Below are positions 55,158 through 64,000 of a stretch of 64,000 bases of DNA, piece by piece. Where the stretch lies: positions 1-64,000 of the IMG/VR virus record IMGVR_UViG_2513237087_000004. One strand, 5' to 3'. Numbering within the stretch: position 1 is the first letter of the stretch; each line of letters starts with the position of its first letter. The position numbers and the translations under genes were made by a program. The notes under the pieces are model-generated. The model was not told the origin of the DNA. It did no database searches and worked only from the letters and a program-made list of their open reading frames with translations. The DNA is from a virus (lineage: Duplodnaviria > Caudoviricetes).

Positions 55158-55400
55158 TCATGCCGCTACACCGGCGCGCCTGCGGTTGGCGCTGGGGCGG
55201 AGCGCCTTGCTGCGCATCTCCTGCAGTTGCTCCAGCGAGATCGTCTCGCCCTTGGCACAGATGGCCTGCTGGACCTTTGCCCAGTACTCGGGGGGAATCG
55301 ATCCGCGCGCCTTCATCGTGCGCAGATGGCCGGCCTCCACACCCAGCGTCTCCGCTGCGCTGTCGCCAAGAAGCTCGAAGACTTTCGCGAACGTATCCAT
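55158..55400 (-). CDS. cro: Cro-like repressor
   Basis: Divergent from cI; AAETLGV...MKARGSIPPEYW motif. Confidence 0.75.
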   Translation of the reverse strand: MDTFAKVFELLGDSAAETLGVEAGHLRTMKARGSIPPEYWAKVQQAICAKGETISLEQLQEMRSKALRPSANRRRAGVAA

Positions 55401-55407
55401 GCCATAT

Positions 55408-55473
55408 CGCTACAACAGGTATCGCTGATGGTCAATACGGCGTGTAGCGATCTAGCCGCTACGATTTGTATCT
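55408..55473. promoter_or_regulatory. Right operator OR: three 17-bp sites plus PR
   Basis: CGCTAC-N5-GTATCG (55408), CAATAC-N5-GTAGCG (55433), CGCTAC-N5-GTATCT (55457); minus-strand TTGACC-N17-TAGCGA. Confidence 0.75.
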
Positions 55474-56208
55474 ATGGCTGAAGCAACACCAGAGCGCGGC
55501 GCCCAAGGGGCCCGCTTGAAACAAGCCCGTGAAACGGCAGGGTTCAAATCCGCGCGCGATGCTGCCCTCTCGAACGGCTGGCCGGAGAGTTCCTATCGCG
55601 CGCACGAGAACGGAACTCGCACGATCGGCCAGGACGACGCGATCAGGTACGCCCGCCGCTTTGGCAACGTCACTGCCGAGTTCATCTTGTTCGGACCAAC
55701 CGGCTCTGCACGTGCAGCGGTCGATCCGGTCCCGGCCCGTAATGTCCTCCTACCAAAGCCGGATGCTTCATTCCCTATACCGATGCAGTTCCCGCCCCGT
55801 ATGCTACCCGTGTTCGGACAGGCGGCGGGTGGGATGAACGAAGACGGCAGGTTCATTTTGAACGGGCAGAAGGTCGCGGACGTTTTCTGCCCGCCGGCAC
55901 TCACCAACGTCGTCGGCGCCTACGGGATTTATATTTCCGGGGAGTCTATGGCCCCCCGATATGAGCACGGAGAGCTGCTGCTCATTCACCCTGGACTGCC
56001 CGTCAGCCGAGGCAACTATGTCCTGGCTCAGATCCAGGGCGACGACGGCGATCCGCCCTACGGCTACGTGAAGAAGTTCATCTCCAAGAACGCCAAGGAG
56101 CTCGTGCTCGAGCAACTCAACCCGCCGGAGGGACAGGACAAGATCCTACGGTTCCCGGCCGAGCGGGTGATTGCCGTCCACCGCGTGTTCAGCGCCGGAA
56201 TGGGCTGA
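55474..56208 (+). CDS. cI: CI-like repressor (HTH plus S24 peptidase)
   Basis: N-terminal XRE HTH; ISGESMAPRY (catalytic Ser); YVKKF (catalytic Lys). Confidence 0.92.
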   Translation: MAEATPERGAQGARLKQARETAGFKSARDAALSNGWPESSYRAHENGTRTIGQDDAIRYARRFGNVTAEFILFGPTGSARAAVDPVPARNVLLPKPDASFPIPMQFPPRMLPVFGQAAGGMNEDGRFILNGQKVADVFCPPALTNVVGAYGIYISGESMAPRYEHGELLLIHPGLPVSRGNYVLAQIQGDDGDPPYGYVKKFISKNAKELVLEQLNPPEGQDKILRFPAERVIAVHRVFSAGMG

Positions 56209-56272
56209 GTGCAAAAAGCTCTGGCTCCCCGCAGAATCGATTCGACTCGTCGAAAAAGCGCATCCAAAATGA

Positions 56273-56287
56273 GAACATAACGCGAAC
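56273..56287 (+). promoter_or_regulatory. Alphaproteobacterial SOS (LexA) box
   Basis: GAAC-ATAACGC-GAAC, exact GAAC-N7-GAAC, in the intergenic gap. Confidence 0.7.
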
Positions 56288-56323
56288 GCGGAGTGTGTGG
56301 GGATGCCGGGGGGACGTGGAGAT

Positions 56324-56548
56324 ATGAGCCTGGGCGACTGCTCATCGGTGCTGCTTGTCTGCAGGGATTGCGGGCGTACCGCCGTGTGGTTCGACCGCGA
56401 GTTCGCGCGTATCGGATGCGGGCCGTCGACCTCTCTTTCGACCTTCTCACGCCGGCTGAAGTGCACAACGTGCTCGCTCAATGGCAATCCGGGAAAGTCG
56501 TTCACTGTCAAGGCATTCCCTGCGCGCGTCACACAGGAGGCAGCGTGA
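56324..56548 (+). CDS. Zinc-ribbon protein
   Basis: CRDC...CTTC; GGAG SD. Confidence 0.65.
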   Translation: MSLGDCSSVLLVCRDCGRTAVWFDREFARIGCGPSTSLSTFSRRLKCTTCSLNGNPGKSFTVKAFPARVTQEAA

Positions 56549-56805
56549 TGGGAGCGATGACGCTTTATGTGGTCCAGGCGTTCGAGCGGTGCGAGGAAGG
56601 CTTCACCGCCGACGAGCCGCGGGAGTGCCGATCGGCGGCCCACGCCAAGCAAGTCGCCAAGAAGTTGAAAGCTAAAAAGCTCGGCGTGATCGCATGGTCG
56701 CGCACGTCGCCTGACGCGGATCTCGGCGAGTGGGGCGAACCAGAAGTGCTCGCCAGGTTCGGCCATATCCCCGAGGACTTCGAGGCGTCCGGCGTCGTGG
56801 AGTAG
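56548..56805 (+). CDS. Conserved hypothetical protein
   Basis: YVVQAF...GVIAWSR..D.DLGEWGEPEVLARFG; TGATG coupling. Confidence 0.7.
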   Translation: MGAMTLYVVQAFERCEEGFTADEPRECRSAAHAKQVAKKLKAKKLGVIAWSRTSPDADLGEWGEPEVLARFGHIPEDFEASGVVE

Positions 56806-56878
56806 TGACGTAGCGTGCCACCCAGCGGCAATGCTAAAGCTCGACGGAATTGCCTTGGAACATTGTGAGTGGGGGACA

Positions 56879-57670
56879 ATGCCGAGCTCTTCAGTTTGCC
56901 GATATGAGCATTTTGAAACGGATTGGTACCGGCGGTTGGCCGAGAAGATGGGTCTGGTCGGCTGGCTCCATCGAAAGCCCTGGGAATTCTGCATCATCGC
57001 AGCCGCACTTGAGGAGAGGGACATGCTCGGGCCCGGCCGCCGCGGCCTGGGCTTCGCCGTCGGCAAGGAGGTGTTGTCGTCCTATTTCGCTGCATGCGGC
57101 GTTGACGTGGTGGCCACTGACCTGGACCCCGCCAAGCTGGAGGCCAATTGGCTCCGGTACGGCCAGCACGCGAGTTCGCTCGACGCTCTCCACCACCCAA
57201 GCATCGTGGACCGCCAGACCTTTGACGCCCGGGTGTCGTTCCGCACTGCGGATATGCGCAAACTGGAGGACAGCTTGGGCGTCGGTAGTTACGATTTCCT
57301 ATGGAGCGCTTGCGCGCTTGAGCATCTGGGGAGTTTGCGCGCCGGCATGGACTTCGTGCGCAACGCCATGCGATTTCTGAAGCCCGGCGGCATCGCGGTA
57401 CATACAACCGAGTATAACGTCGGATCAAACGTAAAGACGAAAACTCGGGGTCCATCGGTCATCTATCGGCGGCGGGATATGGAAGATCTCGAATATTCTC
57501 TCCGCCATCTTAGGTGCGGCTTGGAACCTATAGAATTCGATGCCGGGACGCATCATCACGACCTCAATTATGACGAGCCTCTGCGTCAGGTGGAGGGGCG
57601 CACACACCTAAAGCTGATGGGGCACGGCGATCTATTCACTTCCATGCTCATCGTGATCCGCAAAGGCTGA
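56879..57670 (+). CDS. Class I SAM-dependent methyltransferase (non-DNA type)
   Basis: HRKPWEF; GLGFAVG; ATDL; YDFLWSACALEHLG; LKPGGIAVHTTEYN. Confidence 0.85.
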   Translation: MPSSSVCRYEHFETDWYRRLAEKMGLVGWLHRKPWEFCIIAAALEERDMLGPGRRGLGFAVGKEVLSSYFAACGVDVVATDLDPAKLEANWLRYGQHASSLDALHHPSIVDRQTFDARVSFRTADMRKLEDSLGVGSYDFLWSACALEHLGSLRAGMDFVRNAMRFLKPGGIAVHTTEYNVGSNVKTKTRGPSVIYRRRDMEDLEYSLRHLRCGLEPIEFDAGTHHHDLNYDEPLRQVEGRTHLKLMGHGDLFTSMLIVIRKG

Positions 57671-57855
57671 TTGATCAGAACGCGGACAGACGGAAGGGCC
57701 GCGACCCGCCGGTGGCTACGCTGCCTGCCGAACTGGCAACTTGCGCAGAGGTGGAGGCTTCGGCGCTGTTCAGCCGGCCACATATAGCTGAGATAGACAA
57801 TCCCAACCTGTTCCGCCAACATTCTCCGGGACCACGAGGCCCCGGGGAAGGCAAG

Positions 57856-58746
57856 ATGTCGTTCGTAAATCGGATTCTTAGAAAGTTTTCCAGGACGAGA
57901 GATAAAGTCGCCCGCATTACTCCATACCCAAGAAAACGATTTATTCCAACGAACGCATATCTTGGAAATGATACAGTCATTTCGCAATTATGGTACGGAG
58001 ATGCAATCCTTTTGGATGCATCAGATCTGCATATATCCCCATCTGTATTGATGCTTGGAATATGGGAGCCACATATTACTCAGTTCATGATCGACAATCT
58101 CCATGAAGGAGACGTGTTCCTCGATGTCGGCGCGAACGTTGGATATTTCTCACTTTTGGCATCCAGGATCGTCCAAGCACAGGGGCTTGTGCTCGCATTC
58201 GAACCACAGGCAAGGTTGGCGAGGCTCGTGCGGGCCAGCCTTGAAATGAACGCCTACAAGCCGATCTCGTTCGTTCAGGCCATTGCCATCGGCGAACGAG
58301 AGGAAGTCGGCACCCTCGGCCACATGGCAAACTCCAGCGGTTCGTCGTCGCTCGAACCTGGTTTCGGCGACGGTAGCAGACCGGCGGACCAGGTCACTGT
58401 CGCGCGCCTGGACACAGCGATAGCTGAGGCTCAGGGGACGATCGGAAGGAGCATCACGCCTTCCATGATAAAAATTGACGTTGAAGGCTACGAGTATTCC
58501 GTGTGGCGCGGAATGCAACAGACGATTGCGTCTCTTGAAAAACTGACTGTGCTGATTGAGTTTTCGCCAGGGCGATACGTCTCACTGGGCCAGGATCCAT
58601 CGGCGTTCATCGCCGATATACGGTCACATGGATTTTCAATTTTCGCCCTCGATAATCACGGTGCGGAAACTCCATTCTGCGTCAGTTCGATTCCCGCGAT
58701 CATCGCGCGCAACGACTTCATAGACTTGGTGCTACGCAAGGGATGA
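57856..58746 (+). CDS. FkbM-family methyltransferase
   Basis: WEPH...FLDVGANVGYFS...AFEPQ...IKIDVEGYE...LIEF. Confidence 0.9.
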   Translation: MSFVNRILRKFSRTRDKVARITPYPRKRFIPTNAYLGNDTVISQLWYGDAILLDASDLHISPSVLMLGIWEPHITQFMIDNLHEGDVFLDVGANVGYFSLLASRIVQAQGLVLAFEPQARLARLVRASLEMNAYKPISFVQAIAIGEREEVGTLGHMANSSGSSSLEPGFGDGSRPADQVTVARLDTAIAEAQGTIGRSITPSMIKIDVEGYEYSVWRGMQQTIASLEKLTVLIEFSPGRYVSLGQDPSAFIADIRSHGFSIFALDNHGAETPFCVSSIPAIIARNDFIDLVLRKG

Positions 58747-59459
58747 AATGGCACCGGATCGCGGTTGTGCATGATTCTGCTCCGCAACGTGGCATCAAGA
58801 TGCTGACGGGCCGGATTCATCTGGACAGATCCAGCCCGATCATGTGCGTCAGACTATCGATGGCGCCATTTCGCTGGTCGGACACCACTCCAGGCACGTC
58901 GCGCGTACAGATCATCCGATGACTTATTTCTGATGTTGTTCAAAAGACTATAACCGTCTTACAGGACACCTTGGAGTTTAGGTGTATCTCTCTTAGCTCA
59001 CTAGATTGCACGGGATGGCAGGAAACTCCCGGCGTGCATGCGGGCGCCTGGCCCTTCCGTCATCCCAGCATCTCGGCCGGAACGATCGTCATGCACGTCG
59101 GGGTCCCTGCCACAGCTCAGCTCGCTGAGTTGCTTTCGCTGCTGGCGAGCCACAGCCCTATGGGGCGCATCGCTGTGGCCTGACTCCGAATTCGTCCGCC
59201 GCGCCCTGCGTCGGGATCGCCCGCTTCGTTACGGGCTGAGCTCTGATCCGTCCCTTTTTCAGCCAGCGCCTCGGTAGCTCAAGCATCTCCCCAGCCCTAC
59301 ACAGCCGGCACCCAACGCGGGGGAGAGAGGACGATTTTGTCGATCAGGCTTGGGCTTTTGACCCAGGCGGGATCCGCATCGTCCAGCTTCAGGGGTAGCC
59401 CCAGTCGATGGCTCGCTGCCGAATCGTCCCAGAGCACAGTACGCACATCGCTCAAAAAT

Positions 59460-59502
59460 CGCTACATGGCGTGTTGACATAAATCGCTACACTGCGTAGC
59501 GT
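59460..59502 (+). promoter_or_regulatory. Left operator OL (two sites) plus PL
   Basis: CGCTAC-N5-GTGTTG (59460) and perfect CGCTAC-N5-GTAGCG (59485); TTGACA (59474)-N17-TAGCGT. Confidence 0.8.
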
Positions 59503-59523
59503 TCGACCATCCAAGGGCAATGG

Positions 59524-59733
59524 ATGGGGGTCGAGATGAACGAAATCCTTCGGCAGATCCGGCGAGTGAAGGCCAAGGCCCGCACCGCCCATTACGACCG
59601 CCAGCGGGCCGAGGCCCGGTGCCACGGTCAGAAGCCGAGCAAGCGCACCCTGCGCATCCGGCATGCCCTCCAGAAGATCGAGGACGAGATCTTCGACCTC
59701 CAGGCCGACCTCGGCCAGGGTTGGCTGGCGTGA
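59524..59733 (+). CDS. First PL gene, basic hypothetical protein
   Basis: Directly downstream of PL. Confidence 0.6.
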   Translation: MGVEMNEILRQIRRVKAKARTAHYDRQRAEARCHGQKPSKRTLRIRHALQKIEDEIFDLQADLGQGWLA

Positions 59734-59927
59734 GCGCCGTCCAGGCCACGCGGCCCCACTCCACCGCCACCGCGCGGCGGCCCCGCCCCGGGGCTCTGCC
59801 GGATCTGCACCAGACCGAGGTCGCCCGTATCCTGGCCGCCGCCGTGGCGGCGCCGATGACCGAGGCGGAGTTGCGCGAGAACGACCGCTACGAAAACACC
59901 GCCCACACCTTGTGGGGGGCATGGTGA
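59730..59927 (+). CDS. Hypothetical protein
   Basis: GTGA and TGATG coupling. Confidence 0.5.
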   Translation: MSAVQATRPHSTATARRPRPGALPDLHQTEVARILAAAVAAPMTEAELRENDRYENTAHTLWGAW

Positions 59928-60712
59928 TGCGAGTGTCCCAGGAACATCTGGCGCTGCTCAGCGTCTCCGAGATGAGCGGATCCGAGTTGCGCCTCTCGGG
60001 ACAACTGGATCGCCAGACCTATATCGCCCTCGACAAGGTCCTGAAGGCCGCCGGCGGAAAATGGGACCGAAAGGCCAAGGGCCACGTCTTCGACGGCGAT
60101 GCCGCCGATGCGATCGAACCGATCCTGCTGACCGGCGAAGTCCAACGGGTGAAACAGGACTTCGGGCAGTTCGACACGCCGCCGGCGCTCGCCGCACGGT
60201 TGGTTGCCTTGGCGAAGATCGAGGCGGGCATGAAGGTGCTCGAGCCGAGCGCCGGAATTGGCAACATCGCCCTCGCCGCCGCGGCGTTCGGCGCGATGGT
60301 CATGTGCTACGAGATCGACGCCAAGCGCTGCGATGCGCTCGCGAAGGCAAGCGGCCGCGCCTTGTATTGCCTCGACATGGTGGTCCATCGCGACTTCCTC
60401 GGCGCCGATCCCGCGCCGGTCTATGACCGCGTGGTGATGAACCCACCGTTCGCGCGCCAGGCCGACATCGACCATGTGCGGCATGCAGCCAAGTTCCTGA
60501 AGCCCGGCGGCCGCCTCGTCGCGATCATGAGCGCCGGCATCTCCTTCCCAGGTGATCTCAAGGCCACGGCATTTCGCGAGTTCGTCGCCGAGCGCGGCGG
60601 CACGATCGCGGGCCTGCCGGCAGATTCCTTCAAGGCGGCAGGCACCAGCGTGAACACGGCCCTGGTTTTGTTCGATGCGCCGGCCTCGGTGCTCAACGCG
60701 AAGGGAGCCTGA
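59927..60712 (+). CDS. N6-adenine DNA methyltransferase (NPPF type)
   Basis: GQFDTP; VLEPSAGIG; VVMNPPF; GTSVNT. Confidence 0.88.
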   Translation: MRVSQEHLALLSVSEMSGSELRLSGQLDRQTYIALDKVLKAAGGKWDRKAKGHVFDGDAADAIEPILLTGEVQRVKQDFGQFDTPPALAARLVALAKIEAGMKVLEPSAGIGNIALAAAAFGAMVMCYEIDAKRCDALAKASGRALYCLDMVVHRDFLGADPAPVYDRVVMNPPFARQADIDHVRHAAKFLKPGGRLVAIMSAGISFPGDLKATAFREFVAERGGTIAGLPADSFKAAGTSVNTALVLFDAPASVLNAKGA

Positions 60713-60714
60713 TC

Positions 60715-60984
60715 GTGATGGGCTCGAAAGACAACCAGGGCGGCACCGCCTTCCCGATCGGGCAGGTGCTCCGCGATACCTACGGCGACAACGACACGAA
60801 GCACGTGACGCGGGTCGGCACCAACAAGCGCACGATCCGGATCATCGGCATCGAATCCGACGGGCGCTACCTCGCCGAGACGCTCACCGACATGCATGGC
60901 ACCGCGCTGGATCACCCCCGCAAGACGCGGGTGAGTGAGAAGACCTTGCGCGCCGGATACGTGCCGATGGTGGAGGGCAAGTGA
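60715..60984 (+). CDS. Hypothetical protein
   Basis: 89 aa, coupled. Confidence 0.6.
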   Translation: MMGSKDNQGGTAFPIGQVLRDTYGDNDTKHVTRVGTNKRTIRIIGIESDGRYLAETLTDMHGTALDHPRKTRVSEKTLRAGYVPMVEGK

Positions 60985-61133
60985 TGCGCTCCGCCACCGT
61001 CATTCAGTTCCAGCCGCGCCTGCGCCCCATGCCGTCTCCGGTCGTCCTCGGCCTGCTCTGGTGGGCCACCTCCATCCAGATCGCCATGCTGCCGCTTGCG
61101 GTCGCGGCGGCGCTCACGAAGCGGGAGTGCTGA
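60984..61133 (+). CDS. Small membrane protein (49 aa)
   Basis: Read by eye; TGATG overlap; hydrophobic core. Confidence 0.45.
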   Translation: MRSATVIQFQPRLRPMPSPVVLGLLWWATSIQIAMLPLAVAAALTKREC

Positions 61134-61135
61134 CC

Positions 61136-61462
61136 ATGCAGAATCCTTCATGGCTCCCGATCCACGCCGTGCCGACCAAGATGGGCCGCGCGATGGACCT
61201 CGGTGGGGCCGATTGCAGCAACGTCGGCATCATGTTCGGGCCGACGCTGGGCGGCGAAGCCGACTTCAGGGAGAAGGCGGACTTTATCGTTCAGGCGACC
61301 AATTCCTACGCCGATCTGATCGACACGCTCCAGCGCCTATCCGCGCTCTCCCCCGTGGCCGCGAATGCCCGCACCGCGTTGGACCTTCACAAGACCGTCA
61401 AGGTCATTGCGGACTGCGCCATTGAAAGGGCTTCAGTTCTCTCAAAGGCGGAGATCCGGTGA
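61136..61462 (+). CDS. Hypothetical protein
   Basis: GGAG SD; 108 aa. Confidence 0.6.
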   Translation: MQNPSWLPIHAVPTKMGRAMDLGGADCSNVGIMFGPTLGGEADFREKADFIVQATNSYADLIDTLQRLSALSPVAANARTALDLHKTVKVIADCAIERASVLSKAEIR

Positions 61463-61695
61463 TGCGCCGGCCGAGCCAGACCGCGATGGCGAAGCAGTGT
61501 GACCACTTCAACACCCGGCATCCTGTGGGATCGAAGGTGCGGGTGTGGACCGGCCTCCTGCATGACGGGCCGGGCAAGGTCGTCGAGGTCGCCTTGCCCG
61601 GCGCCTATGTCCTCAGCGGGCACACCGCCGTGGTCCAAGTCATCGGCGGGGGCGGCTGCGTCGCGCTCTCCCACGTTGAGCCGGCGGAGGTCTGA
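61459..61695 (+). CDS. Phage hypothetical protein
   Basis: FNTRHPVGSKV...AYVLSGHTAVV...GCVALSHV motif. Confidence 0.7.
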   Translation: MMRRPSQTAMAKQCDHFNTRHPVGSKVRVWTGLLHDGPGKVVEVALPGAYVLSGHTAVVQVIGGGGCVALSHVEPAEV

Positions 61696-61842
61696 ATGGA
61701 TCTCGTCATCATCGTCGTCCTGGCGGTCATCGCGATCTGCACGAGCATCGCAGCGCTCGGTTTCCTGACGGCGTGGTTCGTCGACTGCCTCCTCAAGGCG
61801 CGCCGCCAGCCCGACGGCAGCGACGATGGGAGCGGCGGCTGA
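61696..61842 (+). CDS. Small membrane protein (48 aa)
   Basis: Read by eye; single TM helix; GGAGG SD. Confidence 0.5.
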   Translation: MDLVIIVVLAVIAICTSIAALGFLTAWFVDCLLKARRQPDGSDDGSGG

Positions 61843-62030
61843 TGAACACCCCGCTCCTCGACGACTTGGCGATCCCGATCCTGGTGATGGGGGAGCCGCG
61901 CATTCCGACATCGTGCTTCGCGCTCGCCGAGCAGGCGCTGCGAGACACCGCCACCACGATCGCCAAGGTGCAGTCGTTCCTCGCTGCCCACGAGCTCAAG
62001 AGAAAGGGATCCCGATATGCCCGGCCTTGA
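61842..62030 (+). CDS. Hypothetical protein
   Basis: TGATG coupling. Confidence 0.45.
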   Translation: MNTPLLDDLAIPILVMGEPRIPTSCFALAEQALRDTATTIAKVQSFLAAHELKRKGSRYARP

Positions 62031-62454
62031 TGCCCTGATCTCCAATCCCGTCACGACCGCCGTCGCTTATGTCGTCGTCGCGCTGCTCGGCGTCTTTCTC
62101 GGGCTGTGGCGGAAGTGGAGCGTCAATACCGAGCTCCGCCACATGGTCGAGGAACAGCAGACGCTGATCGCGGACCTCGAGACGGCGCTCGACCTGGAGC
62201 GGTCGATGACACCGCCCATTGCATCCCAGCGCCCGACCTTCAGTGCCATCTCGCTTGGCGGCGCGGTCGCTGCGGTTGTTGAGCAGATGCCCCTGGACGA
62301 AGCGGCCCGCCGCGCCGCCGCGGCCGCCGAACTTCGACAGCGCGCGAACCGGCTCGTCAGCGAGGCGCTCGGGTTCCTCAAGGAGGCCGAAGCCTTCGAA
62401 CGGAATGCACCGGACGCCGATCCTGCCGTCGAAGACCTGCGCGCCGCCGAATAG
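62017..62454 (+). CDS. Membrane-anchored coiled-coil protein
   Basis: N-terminal TM helix followed by a coiled coil. Confidence 0.55.
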   Translation: MPGLDALISNPVTTAVAYVVVALLGVFLGLWRKWSVNTELRHMVEEQQTLIADLETALDLERSMTPPIASQRPTFSAISLGGAVAAVVEQMPLDEAARRAAAAAELRQRANRLVSEALGFLKEAEAFERNAPDADPAVEDLRAAE

Positions 62455-62490
62455 CGCCCCTCCCCCGAAATCGAATCCCGAGGACGCCCC

Positions 62491-63825
62491 ATGAAAATCC
62501 TTCGCCTCTTGATCAACGACATCAAGCGCATCGTCGTCGCGGACATCTCGCCCGACGGCCACCTGGTTCAGCTCACCGGCAAGAACGGCTCCGGCAAGAC
62601 GTCCTGCCTGGATGCGCTGTGGTGGGCCATCGAAGGCGCGCGGCACATCCAGGCCGAGCCGATCCGGCATGGCGCCGACAGCGGGAAGATCGTCCTCGCC
62701 CTGGGCGACAAGCACGTGGAGATGACGGTCACGCGGACCTTCAGCCGGAAGAAGGACCCCGAGACGGGGGAGGAGCTGAAGCCGACCACGACGTTGAAGG
62801 TCGAGGCGGAGAGCGGCGCGCGGTTCCAGTCCGGGCAGGCCGTCATGGATGCCTTGGTCGGCGCTCTGACCATGGACCCGCTGGAGTTCCTCCGCAGCAA
62901 GCCCCAGGACCAGTTCAAGACGCTGCGCCAGTTCGTGCAGGGCGTGGACTTCGAGGAGATCGACCGCCAGAACAAGGCCGACTTCGATAACCGCACCGAC
63001 ATCAACCGGAGCGCCAAGAACCTCCGGGCGCAGGCCGTGGGCATCGACGTGCCGGCCGGCACCCCGCAGGAGCGTGTCGACACCGCGGCCCTCGTGGAGG
63101 AACTGGACCAGGCCGGCGTCCACAACACGTTGATCGAGACCCGCAAGGCCCGGCGGGAGCAGGCCGCCGCCGACATCGTGCGGCAGTCCGAGATCGCGGC
63201 CGGATACCGGGATCATGCCGCCGAGCTGCGGCGCCAGGCGGATGAGGAAGATCGGAAGGCCGTGGAGCATGAAGCCTCGGTCGCTGACCTGCGCTTGAAG
63301 TTCGAGAGCGCGGAGCCGCTCCCCGAGCCCGTCGACACGACGTCGATCCGCCAGAAGATCGAGGCCGCCGCGCAGATCAATTCCGCCGTCGATGCGCGGA
63401 CGCGGCGGCAGGATCTGGAGGCCAAGGCCGCCAGCCTCGAGGAGGAGTCCATCCGGCTGACCAAGGTCATGGAGGACCGCAAGGAGGGCGTGAAGGAGAT
63501 CATCGCCGCGTCTGACATGCCGGTCCCCGGTATCGAGTTCGGTGACGGGTTTGTCCTTCTGAACGGCGTTCCTTTCGAACAGGCCTGCGATGCCCAGCAA
63601 CTGCGCGCCAGCATCGCCATCGCCATGGCCATGAGCCCGAAGCTGCGCGTCATTCGTGTCCGCGACGGCGATCGGCTCGACGACGATGGCATGCAGATCC
63701 TGCGGGAGATGGCTGAGAAGCACGACTTCCAGATCTGGATGGAACAGGTCAGGGGCGCCGGCCCGGCGGCCGTGGTGTTCGAGGACGGGACTGTGAAGGC
63801 CCCGGCCCTCCAGGCGGCGGAGTGA
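62491..63825 (+). CDS. SMC/SbcC-like AAA ATPase
   Basis: Walker A GKNGSGKT; long coiled coil; C-terminal degenerate signature and Walker B region. Confidence 0.85.
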   Translation: MKILRLLINDIKRIVVADISPDGHLVQLTGKNGSGKTSCLDALWWAIEGARHIQAEPIRHGADSGKIVLALGDKHVEMTVTRTFSRKKDPETGEELKPTTTLKVEAESGARFQSGQAVMDALVGALTMDPLEFLRSKPQDQFKTLRQFVQGVDFEEIDRQNKADFDNRTDINRSAKNLRAQAVGIDVPAGTPQERVDTAALVEELDQAGVHNTLIETRKARREQAAADIVRQSEIAAGYRDHAAELRRQADEEDRKAVEHEASVADLRLKFESAEPLPEPVDTTSIRQKIEAAAQINSAVDARTRRQDLEAKAASLEEESIRLTKVMEDRKEGVKEIIAASDMPVPGIEFGDGFVLLNGVPFEQACDAQQLRASIAIAMAMSPKLRVIRVRDGDRLDDDGMQILREMAEKHDFQIWMEQVRGAGPAAVVFEDGTVKAPALQAAE

Positions 63826-63830
63826 CATCC

Positions 63831-64000
63831 ATGCGCACCGACGACGAGATCATCGCCAGGGTCAAGGCCATCACGCCTCTGGATCACTTTGGCTTCAAGG
63901 CGAGCGACCTCGTCGCGACGCTCCCTTTCGAGACCGCATCGCAGTTCCTGGACCGGAATGCCAATGCCTGGTCATGGGAGCAGGCCCCGCGCGATGCCGA
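63831..64000 (+). CDS. Hypothetical protein, truncated by the window end
   Basis: ATG 63831, open to the end of the window. Confidence 0.55.
   Translation, partial: MRTDDEIIARVKAITPLDHFGFKASDLVATLPFETASQFLDRNANAWSWEQAPRDA

Larger units (their letters stand above)
1800..64000. mobile_element. HK97/lambda-like prophage, probably defective; continues past the right edge
   Basis: Lysis-tail-head-packaging-replication-immunity synteny; nonsense and frameshift lesions in terL and TMP. Confidence 0.95.

Noticed and set aside
1-64000. tRNA/rRNA genes, integrase, att sites, full CtrA boxes (TTAA-N7-TTAA) and spanin lipoprotein
   Set aside because: None recognised by eye; tRNAscan-SE and the flanking sequence would be needed to exclude them

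Overview
Almost the whole window (~1.8-64 kb) is one HK97/lambda-like temperate siphophage prophage in a high-GC alphaproteobacterium. The host is inferred from GcrA- and CtrA-like genes and a GAAC-N7-GAAC LexA box. In order: IS debris and a phasin-like gene (1-1.8 kb); lysis, tail, head and terminase genes on the minus strand (1.8-28.1 kb); a putative cos region; an oppositely oriented ~6.4 kb cassette of small genes with its own repeated motifs between terS and the HNH gene (28.3-34.7 kb); the rightward early operon on the minus strand (34.8-55.4 kb: primase, DnaB, SNF2 helicase, a DNA-modification cluster, RuvC-like nuclease, MT-A70 methyltransferase, GcrA); the cro/cI switch with three 17-bp operators; a LexA-boxed cargo block with two non-DNA methyltransferases (56.3-58.7 kb); and PL with the leftward early operon (59.5-64 kb). 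No integrase or att site is visible. The prophage looks defective: terL has an in-frame TAG, the tape measure gene has a +1 frameshift in a G8 run, and the late operon is truncated at its distal end. The best candidates for new biology are the cos-proximal cassette with its 15-bp repeats, a GT9 glycosyltransferase inside the head operon, the SOS-boxed methyltransferase pair, a cell-cycle-regulator mimic set, the DNA-modification cluster and a frameshifted nucleotide-sponge-like gene. All family assignments come from motif recognition by eye; no database searches were run.
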